A program made the translations under genes and the position numbers. Below, piece after piece: positions 8,290-16,646 of a DNA stretch of 24,000 nt (the first letter of the stretch is position 1; each line of letters starts with the position of its first letter). The DNA is from Sulfolobales archaeon HS-7. GTDB taxonomy: Archaea > Thermoproteota > Thermoprotei_A > Sulfolobales > Sulfolobaceae. The notes below the pieces were generated by a model, which made no database searches, was not told the DNA's origin, and saw only the letters and a program-made list of their open reading frames with translations. Location: the NCBI GenBank assembly GCA_019704295.1, contig AP024596.1, positions 829,369 to 853,368 on the forward strand, given 5' to 3'.

Positions 8290-9773
8290 TGTAGCTCAGC
8301 CTTACATATTCTCTCAATTTTTTTAGCTAACTTTGCTGAAGCGTAGATAGTGATCTGTTTACTGTCGTTGCTCTTACAAAACTCGGCTAAGGTCTTAAGT
8401 AGATCCCGTTTAACCTCGTACTCTAACGACTTAGAGTTTTCGAATTGCGATAGTGGGTATATCTCTGAAACATTTATCGGTATCAACCCGAAATATGGAT
8501 AGAATATTAATACCTCTGCCTCAGGAAACTTTTCCCTAATATTCCTTACAAATTCTGACGAAATAAACGGTTTTCTTATTTTTAAGCCATCTATTAATAT
8601 TATACTATTTTTTTCAACTTTATAATTTTTCATAAAAGTCTTATGCCTTGTTATCTCTGGACGCCAGAGGGAATTCCTTGTAATCAAAAATATTCCCTTT
8701 TCTCCTGTTCGACGGTCGTAATTTTCCAAATATTCTTTATATTTTTTTAATCTATTAAAGGAATCGTAAAGACTTGGATGTACAAGGGATTTCTCCTCTG
8801 CATATTCGAATAACCTACCCTCTCTAATTGCTATTTTTATCCTTTTTATTTCCTCAGATATTTTAATTAAATTGTGAATAGAGAGAAGCCTCGTTCTATC
8901 TTGATATTCCATCTCTTTTAATTCCTTGGGAAGATATCTAGAGCATACGTTACAACTACAAGGGAAATAGTCTAGTTGATCTAATTTGTAAACTCTCCCT
9001 TCTGTTATGTATCTGCCATTCCTTGCATATAAAATATATGAGGCTGAATCAAAGGTATCCACACCTAAGATTACCGCTATAGGAAATACATGTGGCAATC
9101 CTGCACCGAAGAGATGGAGGGCTTTTCCTCTACTTACGTTAGACTTTGCAGTATAAATCATCTCTACAAGTTTAACGTAATTATACTCCTTCATAAGTAC
9201 GGTTGGGCTTCCCAATCCTAACATCTTATACTTGTTCGCCGAATCAGCCATTTTCGCCGAGAAGCTTAACAATTCAAGATTATATCCACCTTGAATAGGA
9301 TGCAACCAAACAATTCTTTCATTATCTATTACACTTTCAACCTCTTTTCCTCTTTTTATTGTTTCTTCTACTGAATATTTAACTTTTTCAACCTTATTAG
9401 AATTACCAGTAGGAATATCCAGTATTACTCCAATGTCAGGAAGAATAAGATTCTCGTATTCTACTATTTCTTTATTAGTCACGTCCACGTTTCCGTATTC
9501 TAGTATTTGGTATGCGCCAGAATCAGTCATTATTATTTGGTCTGTATTAAAAAATGAATGAATAGTAGAACTTATTTGCATTTTTTTAAGGAAGTATGCA
9601 TTAGTTATGAAGTTATCAAATCCTAACGATTTTAGATCCTTAGGGGTTATCGTAGTATCTGAGGGATCAATAACAGGAAAAAACGCAGGGGTTTCTAGTT
9701 TTCCATGTCGCGTATGGAGTACGCCTATTCTCCCTGCGAGGTCTTCGTACTTTATTTCGAAGTCTCCGTTCAT
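8280..9773 (-). CDS. tgtA: Archaeosine tRNA-guanine transglycosylase (arcTGT), catalytic plus C1/C2 domains, no PUA domain
   Basis: IIMTDSGAYQ, LHLFGAGLPHVFPIAVILGVDTFDSASY, and the zinc site CSCNVCSRY...SIHNL. At 497 aa it is too short to include a C-terminal PUA domain. Confidence 0.9.
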   Translation of the reverse strand: MNGDFEIKYEDLAGRIGVLHTRHGKLETPAFFPVIDPSDTTITPKDLKSLGFDNFITNAYFLKKMQISSTIHSFFNTDQIIMTDSGAYQILEYGNVDVTNKEIVEYENLILPDIGVILDIPTGNSNKVEKVKYSVEETIKRGKEVESVIDNERIVWLHPIQGGYNLELLSFSAKMADSANKYKMLGLGSPTVLMKEYNYVKLVEMIYTAKSNVSRGKALHLFGAGLPHVFPIAVILGVDTFDSASYILYARNGRYITEGRVYKLDQLDYFPCSCNVCSRYLPKELKEMEYQDRTRLLSIHNLIKISEEIKRIKIAIREGRLFEYAEEKSLVHPSLYDSFNRLKKYKEYLENYDRRTGEKGIFLITRNSLWRPEITRHKTFMKNYKVEKNSIILIDGLKIRKPFISSEFVRNIREKFPEAEVLIFYPYFGLIPINVSEIYPLSQFENSKSLEYEVKRDLLKTLAEFCKSNDSKQITIYASAKLAKKIERICKAELHYI

Positions 9774-10213
9774 TGCTTCTGCTCTTTTTTCTTCTTTATA
9801 TATTCATTGTAGATGTCAGTTACTTTCTGGGCTAAAGGACCAGTGCCCTCCACACCAATATTTTCCGTTACTGTAATTTTCTCCATAATGGTAACTACTC
9901 CGGTTTCCTCGTAAACCTTTACATCACCTGGTCTTAATTTTAACGTTTTTTCCACAAGTTCCGCAAATTCACTGGGTACGAATAGAGGAGTTGTCTTCAT
10001 GAGTATTTCTGAAATGCTATTACCGTTAATAACTACCTTGTAATAGGAGTTGTTATTATTGTCTTTCGCATTAGTTAAACTTAATGTAAGTGAAGGTAAG
10101 TCGTAACCCGTGAGTTGTCCTATATATTCCTTTCCACTAATTAGCCTGACCACGACTTGTTTATCAAGCATAGATGCGATGTCATTTACTATTCTCCTAT
10201 TCTGGGAACTCAT
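9770..10213 (-). CDS. Sm-like (Lsm) protein with a C-terminal extension, SmAP3-type
   Basis: Sm1-like LDKQVVVRLISGKEYIGQLTGYDLPSLTLSLTNA. Sm2-like KVVINGNSISEIL. An extra C-terminal domain of about 70 aa follows. Its stop overlaps the arcTGT start as ATGA. Confidence 0.72.
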   Translation of the reverse strand: MSSQNRRIVNDIASMLDKQVVVRLISGKEYIGQLTGYDLPSLTLSLTNAKDNNNNSYYKVVINGNSISEILMKTTPLFVPSEFAELVEKTLKLRPGDVKVYEETGVVTIMEKITVTENIGVEGTGPLAQKVTDIYNEYIKKKKEQKQ

Positions 10214-10339
10214 TTAAACACCAAATAGAAATAAAGTTGGACGGATAAATAATGGTGATCATCTACGGTTAAGAATACCGAATTATCTCTCTCTGGGAAA
10301 GTAACTGACATTAAAGAAGGTACATTACCTGGAGTTTAC

Positions 10340-10636
10340 GTGATCGAAGTTGAGGGAGACGGTATTGCGTTTTCAGTAGATATGGTCAAGGAATTAGTAT
10401 CACTCACAAAGGGTCAGGAAGTTATAGTATCCCTTACAAAAAGTAAACCAGAATTTACGGAAAGGGATTTTTGTGCAAGAGGATATGTATTCCATGAGAG
10501 GAACGTAAACGGAAGGTTCGTTACACTAATATCATTGTTTGGTCTATTGGTTAAGGTGAACTCTTCAGAAGGTCTTTTACAAAAGGGAGTATTCGCTATG
10601 TTAGATCACGTCTATCTTTGTATAAAGGTGAAGTGA
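10340..10636 (+). CDS. rpo8: RNA polymerase subunit Rpo8 (RpoG, Rpb8 homologue); the true N-terminus is probably upstream of the listed GTG
   Basis: FVTLISLFGLLVKVNSSEG resembles the Rpb8 C-terminal SFGGLLMRL signature. The protein is small and beta-rich, and its position between PAN and thermosome beta matches my memory of Sulfolobus genomes. The frame stays open upstream to the TGA at 10256-10258. Confidence 0.6.
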   Translation: MIEVEGDGIAFSVDMVKELVSLTKGQEVIVSLTKSKPEFTERDFCARGYVFHERNVNGRFVTLISLFGLLVKVNSSEGLLQKGVFAMLDHVYLCIKVK

Positions 10637-10638
10637 AA

Positions 10639-11700
10639 ATGATGGTAAGGAAAATTAGCGAAATAGAACCTATAAAGTGGAATAATGGCGAGGTGGTTTG
10701 GCTTAATGTAGCTAGACTGCCATGGGAAGAGGAATATAAACATTCGTCGAATTATGAAGACATAGCTAGAGCTATAGAAGTAATGGAAATAAGGGGTGCC
10801 CCTGCGATTGGTGTCGCTGCAGCATATGGAATAGCAGTTGCAGTGTATAATTATAACGGAACGACCCAAGAGCTTTTAGAAGTAGCGAATAAAGCGTCTG
10901 AACGACTTAAGAGAACTAGACCGACAGCGGTAAACTTATTCTGGGCAGTAGAGAGAATGATGAACAAGGGAAACTATCTCTATCGGGATAACGTTAATCC
11001 CGAATCTTTCAAATCCTCTCTGCTTGAGGAGGCACATAAGATAAAAGAAGAAGATATACAAAATAATAAAAGAATGGGAGAAATAGGTAGCTCAGTTATA
11101 AAAGACGGAGACGTAATTCTAACACATTGTAATACTGGTTCCCTTGCAACAGCTGGATTCGGCACAGCTTTAGGAGTTATAAGAAGTGCATGGTTACAAG
11201 GTAAAGACATTCAGGTAATAGCTACGGAAACTAGGCCGTTATTGCAAGGAGCTAGGCTGACAATTTGGGAATTATGGAAGGATGGAATACCTTCAAAACT
11301 CATTACTGATAACATGGCCGGCTTTCTAATGCAAAAGGGGCTAATATCTAAAGTAATACTGGGCGCTGATAGAATATTAAGGAATGGACACGTAATAAAT
11401 AAAATAGGCACTTATTCGTTAGCAGTACTCGCTGAGCACCACGGAATAGAATTTTATGTTGCTGCACCAACTTCAACTATAGACATACAAACATCATTAA
11501 ATGATGTTATAATAGAAAGCAGAAAAAGTGAAGAAGTAAAGAACGTAATGGGCAAACTTACGATAACAGTTGAAGAAGCGGATGCTATGAACTTTGCATT
11601 CGATATAACTCCTCCAGAACTTGTAACTGGAATAATAACAGAGAAGGGAATTGCGAAATATCCTTTTAAAGAGTTGGAAAAACTCAAAAAAACTGATTAG
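10639..11700 (+). CDS. mtnA: Methylthioribose-1-phosphate isomerase family protein (MtnA / aIF-2B subunit-1-like)
   Basis: RGAPAIGVAAAYG, TRPTAVNLFWA, HCNTGSLATAGFGTALG, ETRPLLQGARLTIWEL, GADRILRNGHVINKIGTY, FYVAAPTSTID. The ATG at 10639 is preceded by GGTGA (10627-10631). Confidence 0.85.
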   Translation: MMVRKISEIEPIKWNNGEVVWLNVARLPWEEEYKHSSNYEDIARAIEVMEIRGAPAIGVAAAYGIAVAVYNYNGTTQELLEVANKASERLKRTRPTAVNLFWAVERMMNKGNYLYRDNVNPESFKSSLLEEAHKIKEEDIQNNKRMGEIGSSVIKDGDVILTHCNTGSLATAGFGTALGVIRSAWLQGKDIQVIATETRPLLQGARLTIWELWKDGIPSKLITDNMAGFLMQKGLISKVILGADRILRNGHVINKIGTYSLAVLAEHHGIEFYVAAPTSTIDIQTSLNDVIIESRKSEEVKNVMGKLTITVEEADAMNFAFDITPPELVTGIITEKGIAKYPFKELEKLKKTD

Positions 11701-13352
11701 TCTTCTTTTTCAGACTCCCCTTCTTTTTTCTCCGGACCTTTTCCTGCTCCAGTAGATTTCTTGCTTGCAGCTACCAGATCATCTATTCTTAATATGAGAG
11801 ATGCCGCCTCGGTAGACGCCTTTAGCGCATTAATCTTTACTACTGAGGGTTCAACTACGCCTAATTTCATCATTTCTTCTGGCTGTCCCGTAAATACATT
11901 TATACCATACCACTGTCCATTTTCTCCCTCATGTAAACTTCTTAGTTTCATTAACATATCTACTGGATCAAGACCTGCATTTTCTATAAGAGTCATAGGA
12001 ATTCCTTCAACGCCTGCTGCGAATGCCTGTATTGCCAACTGTTCCTTTCCGCCAACTTGTTGTGCATACCTTCTTAACCTTTTAGCTATTTCTAGTTCTA
12101 TAGCGCCCCCTCCAGCAACTATTCTACCATCCCTTATTACATCAGCAACTGTTCCTAATGCATCTTTTATGGCTCTTTCTACCTCATCAACAACCCTCTC
12201 TAATCCCCCTCTTATTAAAATACTTACTGATCTAGGATTCTTCGCCCCTTCGACGAACACCATCTTATCTTCTCCTACTTTCCTTTCTTCAACTAATTCA
12301 GCATGACCTAGGTCTTGTTCGGTTAACTCATCCAAGTTACTTACCACTCTACCACCAGTAGCTCTTGCTAGTTTCTCAAGATCACTCTTCTTGGCTCTTC
12401 TCACAGCAAGGATACCTTTCTTTGCTAGGAAGTGTTGAGCAACATCGTCAATTCCTTTCTGGCATATAACTACGTTAGCTCCAGTAGAAGCTATCTTGTC
12501 GACCATTTCCCTTAATATGTTCTCTTCCTCCTCTAGGAATTTGTTCATTTGCGTTGGGTCATTTATTCTTATTTCAGCATCAATTTCAGGTTTTTCTACC
12601 TCTAATGCGGCGTCAAGGAGTGCGATCTTTGCATGTTCAACTCTTTTTGGCATTCCAGGATGGACTACTTCTTTATCCACGATTATTCCATACACTAGTT
12701 GAGTGTCGTTTATACTTCCTCCGTGCTTTTTAACTAACTGAACGTTATCAAGATCTACATACCATTTGTCTCCCCTTTTCTCTGCTATTTGGGTTACTGC
12801 TTTCATAATAATTTCTGCAATGTAATCTCTTGCCCCTGCAATAGCCTTACTACTTAAGGATGTCCTGGCTACTTGTTTTATTATTTCAGTATCATTTATC
12901 GTAATATGCTTTGATAATTCATCAACGGCTTTTGTTGCCTCATCTAGAGCCTTCTTATACCCAGACACTATCACAGTGGGATGAATTTCCTTATCAAGCA
13001 GTTCTTCCGCTTTTTTAACAAGCTCTCCCGCTAGTACTACTGCGGTTTTTGTTCCGTCTCCAGTTTCCTCATCCTGACCTTTCGCAATTTGAACTAGTAA
13101 CTTAGCAGCAGGGTGTTGTAAATCCATTTTATCAAGTATAGTAGCTCCGTCGTTTGTAATCGTTATATCACCCAGACTATCTACTAACATTTTGTCCATA
13201 CCTCTTGGGCCATAAGTTGTTCTTAGCGCTTCCTGAACAGCTTTCACAGCTGCTATATTATTTCTTAAGGCTTCTTTCCCGTAACTTCTAGACGAACCCT
13301 CTTTAAGTATGATTACGGGGATTCCTTCTGGAGTTGTAGCAAGTGTTGCCAT
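11697..13352 (-). CDS. thsB: Thermosome (group II chaperonin) subunit, beta-type
   Basis: [54 protein letters not shown], and a charged Gly/Lys/Glu-rich C-terminal tail. 551 aa. Confidence 0.95.
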   Translation of the reverse strand: MATLATTPEGIPVIILKEGSSRSYGKEALRNNIAAVKAVQEALRTTYGPRGMDKMLVDSLGDITITNDGATILDKMDLQHPAAKLLVQIAKGQDEETGDGTKTAVVLAGELVKKAEELLDKEIHPTVIVSGYKKALDEATKAVDELSKHITINDTEIIKQVARTSLSSKAIAGARDYIAEIIMKAVTQIAEKRGDKWYVDLDNVQLVKKHGGSINDTQLVYGIIVDKEVVHPGMPKRVEHAKIALLDAALEVEKPEIDAEIRINDPTQMNKFLEEEENILREMVDKIASTGANVVICQKGIDDVAQHFLAKKGILAVRRAKKSDLEKLARATGGRVVSNLDELTEQDLGHAELVEERKVGEDKMVFVEGAKNPRSVSILIRGGLERVVDEVERAIKDALGTVADVIRDGRIVAGGGAIELEIAKRLRRYAQQVGGKEQLAIQAFAAGVEGIPMTLIENAGLDPVDMLMKLRSLHEGENGQWYGINVFTGQPEEMMKLGVVEPSVVKINALKASTEAASLILRIDDLVAASKKSTGAGKGPEKKEGESEKED

Positions 13353-13389
13353 GAGAATTCACCTACTACTTTTCCCTAAGTATCACTTC

Positions 13390-13396
13390 TATAAAA
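13390..13396 (-). promoter_or_regulatory. TATA box of the thermosome gene
   Basis: The minus strand reads CTTTTATAGA, centred about 41 nt upstream of the ATG at 13352. This is consistent with a short 5' UTR. Confidence 0.45.
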
Positions 13397-13658
13397 GATT
13401 ATCGATCCCATACTTTGAATTCATGATAGGAGTTATTGGATACTTAATTCATACTCAAAGCCAATACGTCATAGTGAAAGCGCTACGAGACCGAAGAAAA
13501 TCTATTAAACCTATGTAAGGTAAATTTTCTTGGAAAAATCTAGAATTACGCTAAATATATATTATCTTATATGGGCGCGACTGGGATATAAATCCAAGTC
13601 TGCTGAAGTTTAGTCTCTGCAATAGAGTTAAAAGCGTAAAGTACAGGTGTTTTAAATA

Positions 13659-14045
13659 ATGAGGAGAGAAGTATACTTAATACTCGCAATCCTTGTAATA
13701 TTGCTTACTTTAGGTGGAGTTTATCTAGCATCTTCGTATAGGACAAATATAACTTATTCACAGGTTGGTAGTTCAAGTGTAGATGGTAAGTACGTGTTAT
13801 ATGTTAAAATTATAATGAACTACGGTCCTTTTGGAGGAAGTTCTCCACTTGATGATGCAGAAATCTGGATATACCATAATGGAATGTTTTACTCACAAGG
13901 TTACACCAATGGTAGCGGCGTAGTGCAATTCACCCTTCCACCAGGTACCTATACGGTAAGAATATTACCCTTAAGGATGGAGGAAAACATATCTCTTAAT
14001 GGTGATTGCGTTTTGACAGTTAATTACGCCTATTTACATTCATAG
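13659..14045 (+). CDS. Small membrane-anchored or secreted protein with a carboxypeptidase-regulatory-like beta-sandwich motif
   Basis: N-terminal hydrophobic anchor VYLILAILVILLTLGGVYLA. TNGSGVVQFTLPPGTYTVRI is typical of CarboxypepD_reg-like domains. Confidence 0.55.
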   Translation: MRREVYLILAILVILLTLGGVYLASSYRTNITYSQVGSSSVDGKYVLYVKIIMNYGPFGGSSPLDDAEIWIYHNGMFYSQGYTNGSGVVQFTLPPGTYTVRILPLRMEENISLNGDCVLTVNYAYLHS

Positions 14046-14448
14046 CATAATGTTTAGTAAAAATAATATATTTAGTTAAAGTATTACCTCGCTTTTATCT
14101 TTTCATGCATAGGAGGAGCGAAAGACCCGTAAGAGGTGCGATTGATAGTCCGGTATTATTTAGACATAAGTTTTCGGGAGGTATATCGATAATAGTCAGC
14201 CACGGGATAAGTGTCACCTAGATGCTTAAGTGAGGGTTTATGCGGTGGACCTACGCTCTAATCAGGAACTCCATATTCATCATACTATATGTTCACATCC
14301 GAGCTCGAGGTGCAAACCTTTAGTACTTCTGGAGCCCTCTTGGCAAGGCGGAGAAATAGAAAGCCCTGTCCGCGAGAGCAAGGCAGTTTGCATACTATTA
14401 ATGGTGAAAGATTCCGTGGGGATTAAGATCGATAGTCTAGTACATTTA

Positions 14449-15858
14449 AAACTAGTTTACCAGTCTTGTTTCGCCAAAAAATCTCATGATTGTAAGAGAT
14501 TATTAGAGTAATTTGTGTATAAAAATATAGGATTAAGTTAACTTAAGAGGTATAACAATATGATATGTTTAGTTAAAATCTGCTATATTTTACAAGTTAA
14601 TACTAGCAGACGCAAGAAGTTCTGAATTTATTTAACGAGGTCAAAACGAGGTACATATTCCATCCCCTAGCTTGAAAACGTCTAGAGGAGGTTAACGAAC
14701 TGGTCAAACGCTAGGGGCTTCTCTCTCGGTGCCTTGAAGTTAAAAGAGAGGAAGAGGTACAAGTTCCAGGAAGTGTCGAGAAGTGGGTAGATCAGGTAAA
14801 GCTTGTTGCACAACCTCCTAATAAGTTCTATTCTAGCCTTCCTCGTCTTGAGCCCTTCCTCTATTTACCACCTCGACCTGTAGGTCTCGGCCAACTCGTA
14901 AGGATCTTTGTCAACGTTTGAGACGAAAACGAAGTGCATTGGTTTCCCCTTGTGTTTCACGTAAATCACGTCGTAATAGTAGAGTCCCTTGTGATCTAGC
15001 CTTCTATAAGCAACGTAAGTTCTGTCGTTAACTGCGTGGTACCTCACGGTAAGGGGCTGGGCAAAGAGTTCCTTGACTCCCTTCAAGTTAGTTTTCCCTC
15101 TGATCACGGTTTTAGCGGGTAACTCCTTGAGGATCTCGAGGTTGAGGAATCCAGCGTCAGCAACAACGTAACTCAAGTTAACGTGCTGTAAAGCCCTATT
15201 GACGAACTCTTGAAGAAACTCGGAGGGCTTTTGATCCCCCCGGAACTGCGAATTGGGTAACCACGTTACATCTCACGGGAGACAAGAGATCTGCGGATCT
15301 AACCTTGGCCTTTCCCGAGAAGAGTTTGTCCCCCACTCTCTCCGCCTCCTTCTCTCCCACCCTCAAGAAGGTCTCGTCGAATCCCAGCACGATCTTCTCA
15401 TTAGTGAAAATTGTACACAGCTCCCAGAACTCGAAGGTTTTACCCAGAAGTTTACCTAGCTTTTTCCCTTGTCTTACAAGGGAAATGCAATCCTTTCCTC
15501 TATTTTCCGAGAGGAGGGATTTGCTCCTCTTGATAACGTCCCGGGGATTAGAGGAAATCTTCTTAAACGCTTCCTCTACTATTAGCGCGGGACTTATCCC
15601 TTGGCTTTGGTTTCCGCATATCAAAATCTGGGAAGTCCCTCGCTTAAACTTTAACGTCCTCATTTCTACCCACTTGATAATACACAAGGTATTACTATAC
15701 GTGTAAAAACTAGGTTACGTACCTTTTACAGAGATAAAAGTCGATATTTTCCTCACTTTAGCTGAAATTTAGCTAATTTCGACTCTTGAGCGAGATTCTC
15801 CCATGTTTTAAAAATTGTCTCATATTTAGTAAAATTGGCGAAATAAGACTGCTAGTTT
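14449..15858 (-). mobile_element. IS4-family insertion sequence, about 1.41 kb, non-functional copy
   Basis: Terminal inverted repeats: 14461-14477 CAGTCTTGTTTCGCCAA matches the reverse complement of 15835-15851 (CAGTCTTATTTCGCCAA) at 16/17. Outside these, AAACTAG (14449-14455) matches the reverse complement of 15852-15858. The GC-richer interior carries a DDE transposase pseudogene. No target-site duplication could be identified. Confidence 0.75.
14682..15663 (-). pseudogene. DDE transposase (IS4 family), disrupted by one frameshift and one in-frame stop
   Basis: D1 LGFDETF, D2 YVVADAGF, then ETYRSRW-stop-IEEGLKTRK, which is the Y-(2)-R-(3)-E-(6)-K signature with TAA (14865-14867) at the variable position. 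The upstream and downstream halves differ by one frame at a C6 run (15236-15241). Deleting one C joins ...FAVPG to DQKPSEFLQEFVNRALQHVNLSYVVADAGF. Confidence 0.8.
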
Positions 15859-16029
15859 ACAGACAATGCGTTAATCACAGTTACTAACGTACTAAGCTTC
15901 ACAAGAACGTATCGGTTAACGAGATGGTCTATGAGATAGACCTCATTCTTCATCGGACAGCATGTCCTAAATCGGGGTAGAAAGAATTCCTAAGTTTATT
16001 CAGAACTTCGTCAGTAGGTTGGTGGCAGT

Positions 16030-16593
16030 TTACGCCATTTTGAGGGTGATTACGTATATTATTGTCAGCGTTACTACGCCAGCAACTAACATATATAGAC
16101 CTGTTACTATTCCCTCTTTAACCTCTCGCTCAAATACCGTCCCCATTACGAAAAGTAAAGAAAAAGTTACACATAAGCTTAAGAATAGGCCCATATAGCC
16201 CCCTATTATACTATAAATTAATAAGATAACTACCCCTATGAGAGGAGACGCAGCATGAGCGAGAGAAGACAGGACGACTAGCAGCTTTAAGGCTCTGTCA
16301 TAGTAACTTCCTTTCATAGATTTAGCCATTTGGCCTTCTAATTTCTTTAGTTCCGCTTCAGCATCTCTAATCTCCACTATGAACGCATTACCCCCAGAGG
16401 ATACGCTTATTCCAATTAGCCCGCTGAGGCCTAAAATTAAGGTAGAAAAGGAAGATTCTTTACTTATAAAACTGGCAAGAACTACGCTTATGGCGGTTAT
16501 ACTCCCATCAAACGAACCTAAGATAAAGTATTTTTTTAGGTATCCGTAAATATTCATTTCCCTAAACATTTCCTTTATTCTTGTAAAATCCAC
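16030..16593 (-). CDS. VIT1/CCC1-family membrane protein (putative Fe/Mn transporter)
   Basis: ILGSFDGSITAISVV, a central amphipathic segment (EIRDAEAELKKLEGQMAK), and several C-terminal hydrophobic helices. GTG start. Confidence 0.75.
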   Translation of the reverse strand: MDFTRIKEMFREMNIYGYLKKYFILGSFDGSITAISVVLASFISKESSFSTLILGLSGLIGISVSSGGNAFIVEIRDAEAELKKLEGQMAKSMKGSYYDRALKLLVVLSSLAHAASPLIGVVILLIYSIIGGYMGLFLSLCVTFSLLFVMGTVFEREVKEGIVTGLYMLVAGVVTLTIIYVITLKMA

Positions 16594-16646
16594 TCAAGAC
16601 CACCAATTATAGCACAATATTTAATTTAAGCGATATTACTCTACCT

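Noticed and set aside
10980-11687. Three minus-strand ORFs antisense to the MtnA-like gene. Similar antisense ORFs occur at 1299-1583, 5376-5630, 7150-7473, 9607-9876, 10612-10869, 16670-16882, 18615-18800 and 22729-22929.
   Set aside because: All lie fully inside well-supported genes on the other strand. All have the low-complexity composition typical of antisense frames.
11697-11700. Convergent thsB and mtnA-like genes whose stop codons overlap (TTAG). Translin and mvk are likewise separated by 1 nt.
   Set aside because: Compact convergent gene ends are common in Sulfolobales. This is noted only as the absence of room for terminators, not as a feature.
11761-12702. Plus-strand ORFs (181 aa and 68 aa) inside the thermosome gene.
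   Set aside because: They are Ser/Thr/Ala/Pro/Ile-rich mirror-frame translations of a very strongly supported minus-strand gene. They have no motifs and no start context.
13309-13518. A 69-aa plus-strand ORF spanning the thermosome start and promoter.
   Set aside because: It overlaps the thsB N-terminus in antisense and the promoter region, and it has no coding features.
14262-14283. Possible C/D box sRNA on the minus strand (ATGATGA, then CTGA 11 nt later).
   Set aside because: No C' box is present, and there is no terminal D box at the right distance; the next CTGA is about 60 nt away. No terminal stem is present.
14100-14445. Calling the GC island RNase P RNA or SRP (7S) RNA.
   Set aside because: The RNase-P-like strings occur in the order CR-I, CR-IV, CR-III, CR-II, which is incompatible with the conserved architecture. 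I found no CR-V/P4 partner. The SRP helix-8 consensus (GGUCCGGAAGGAAGCA-like) is not matched. GC of about 45% is low for a universal structured RNA in a thermophile, compared with about 60% for the tRNA here.
14230-14511. A 93-aa ORF in the GC island.
   Set aside because: It has no protein-like pattern, it runs across the IS terminal repeat, and it starts at a non-ATG codon. It is treated as non-coding.
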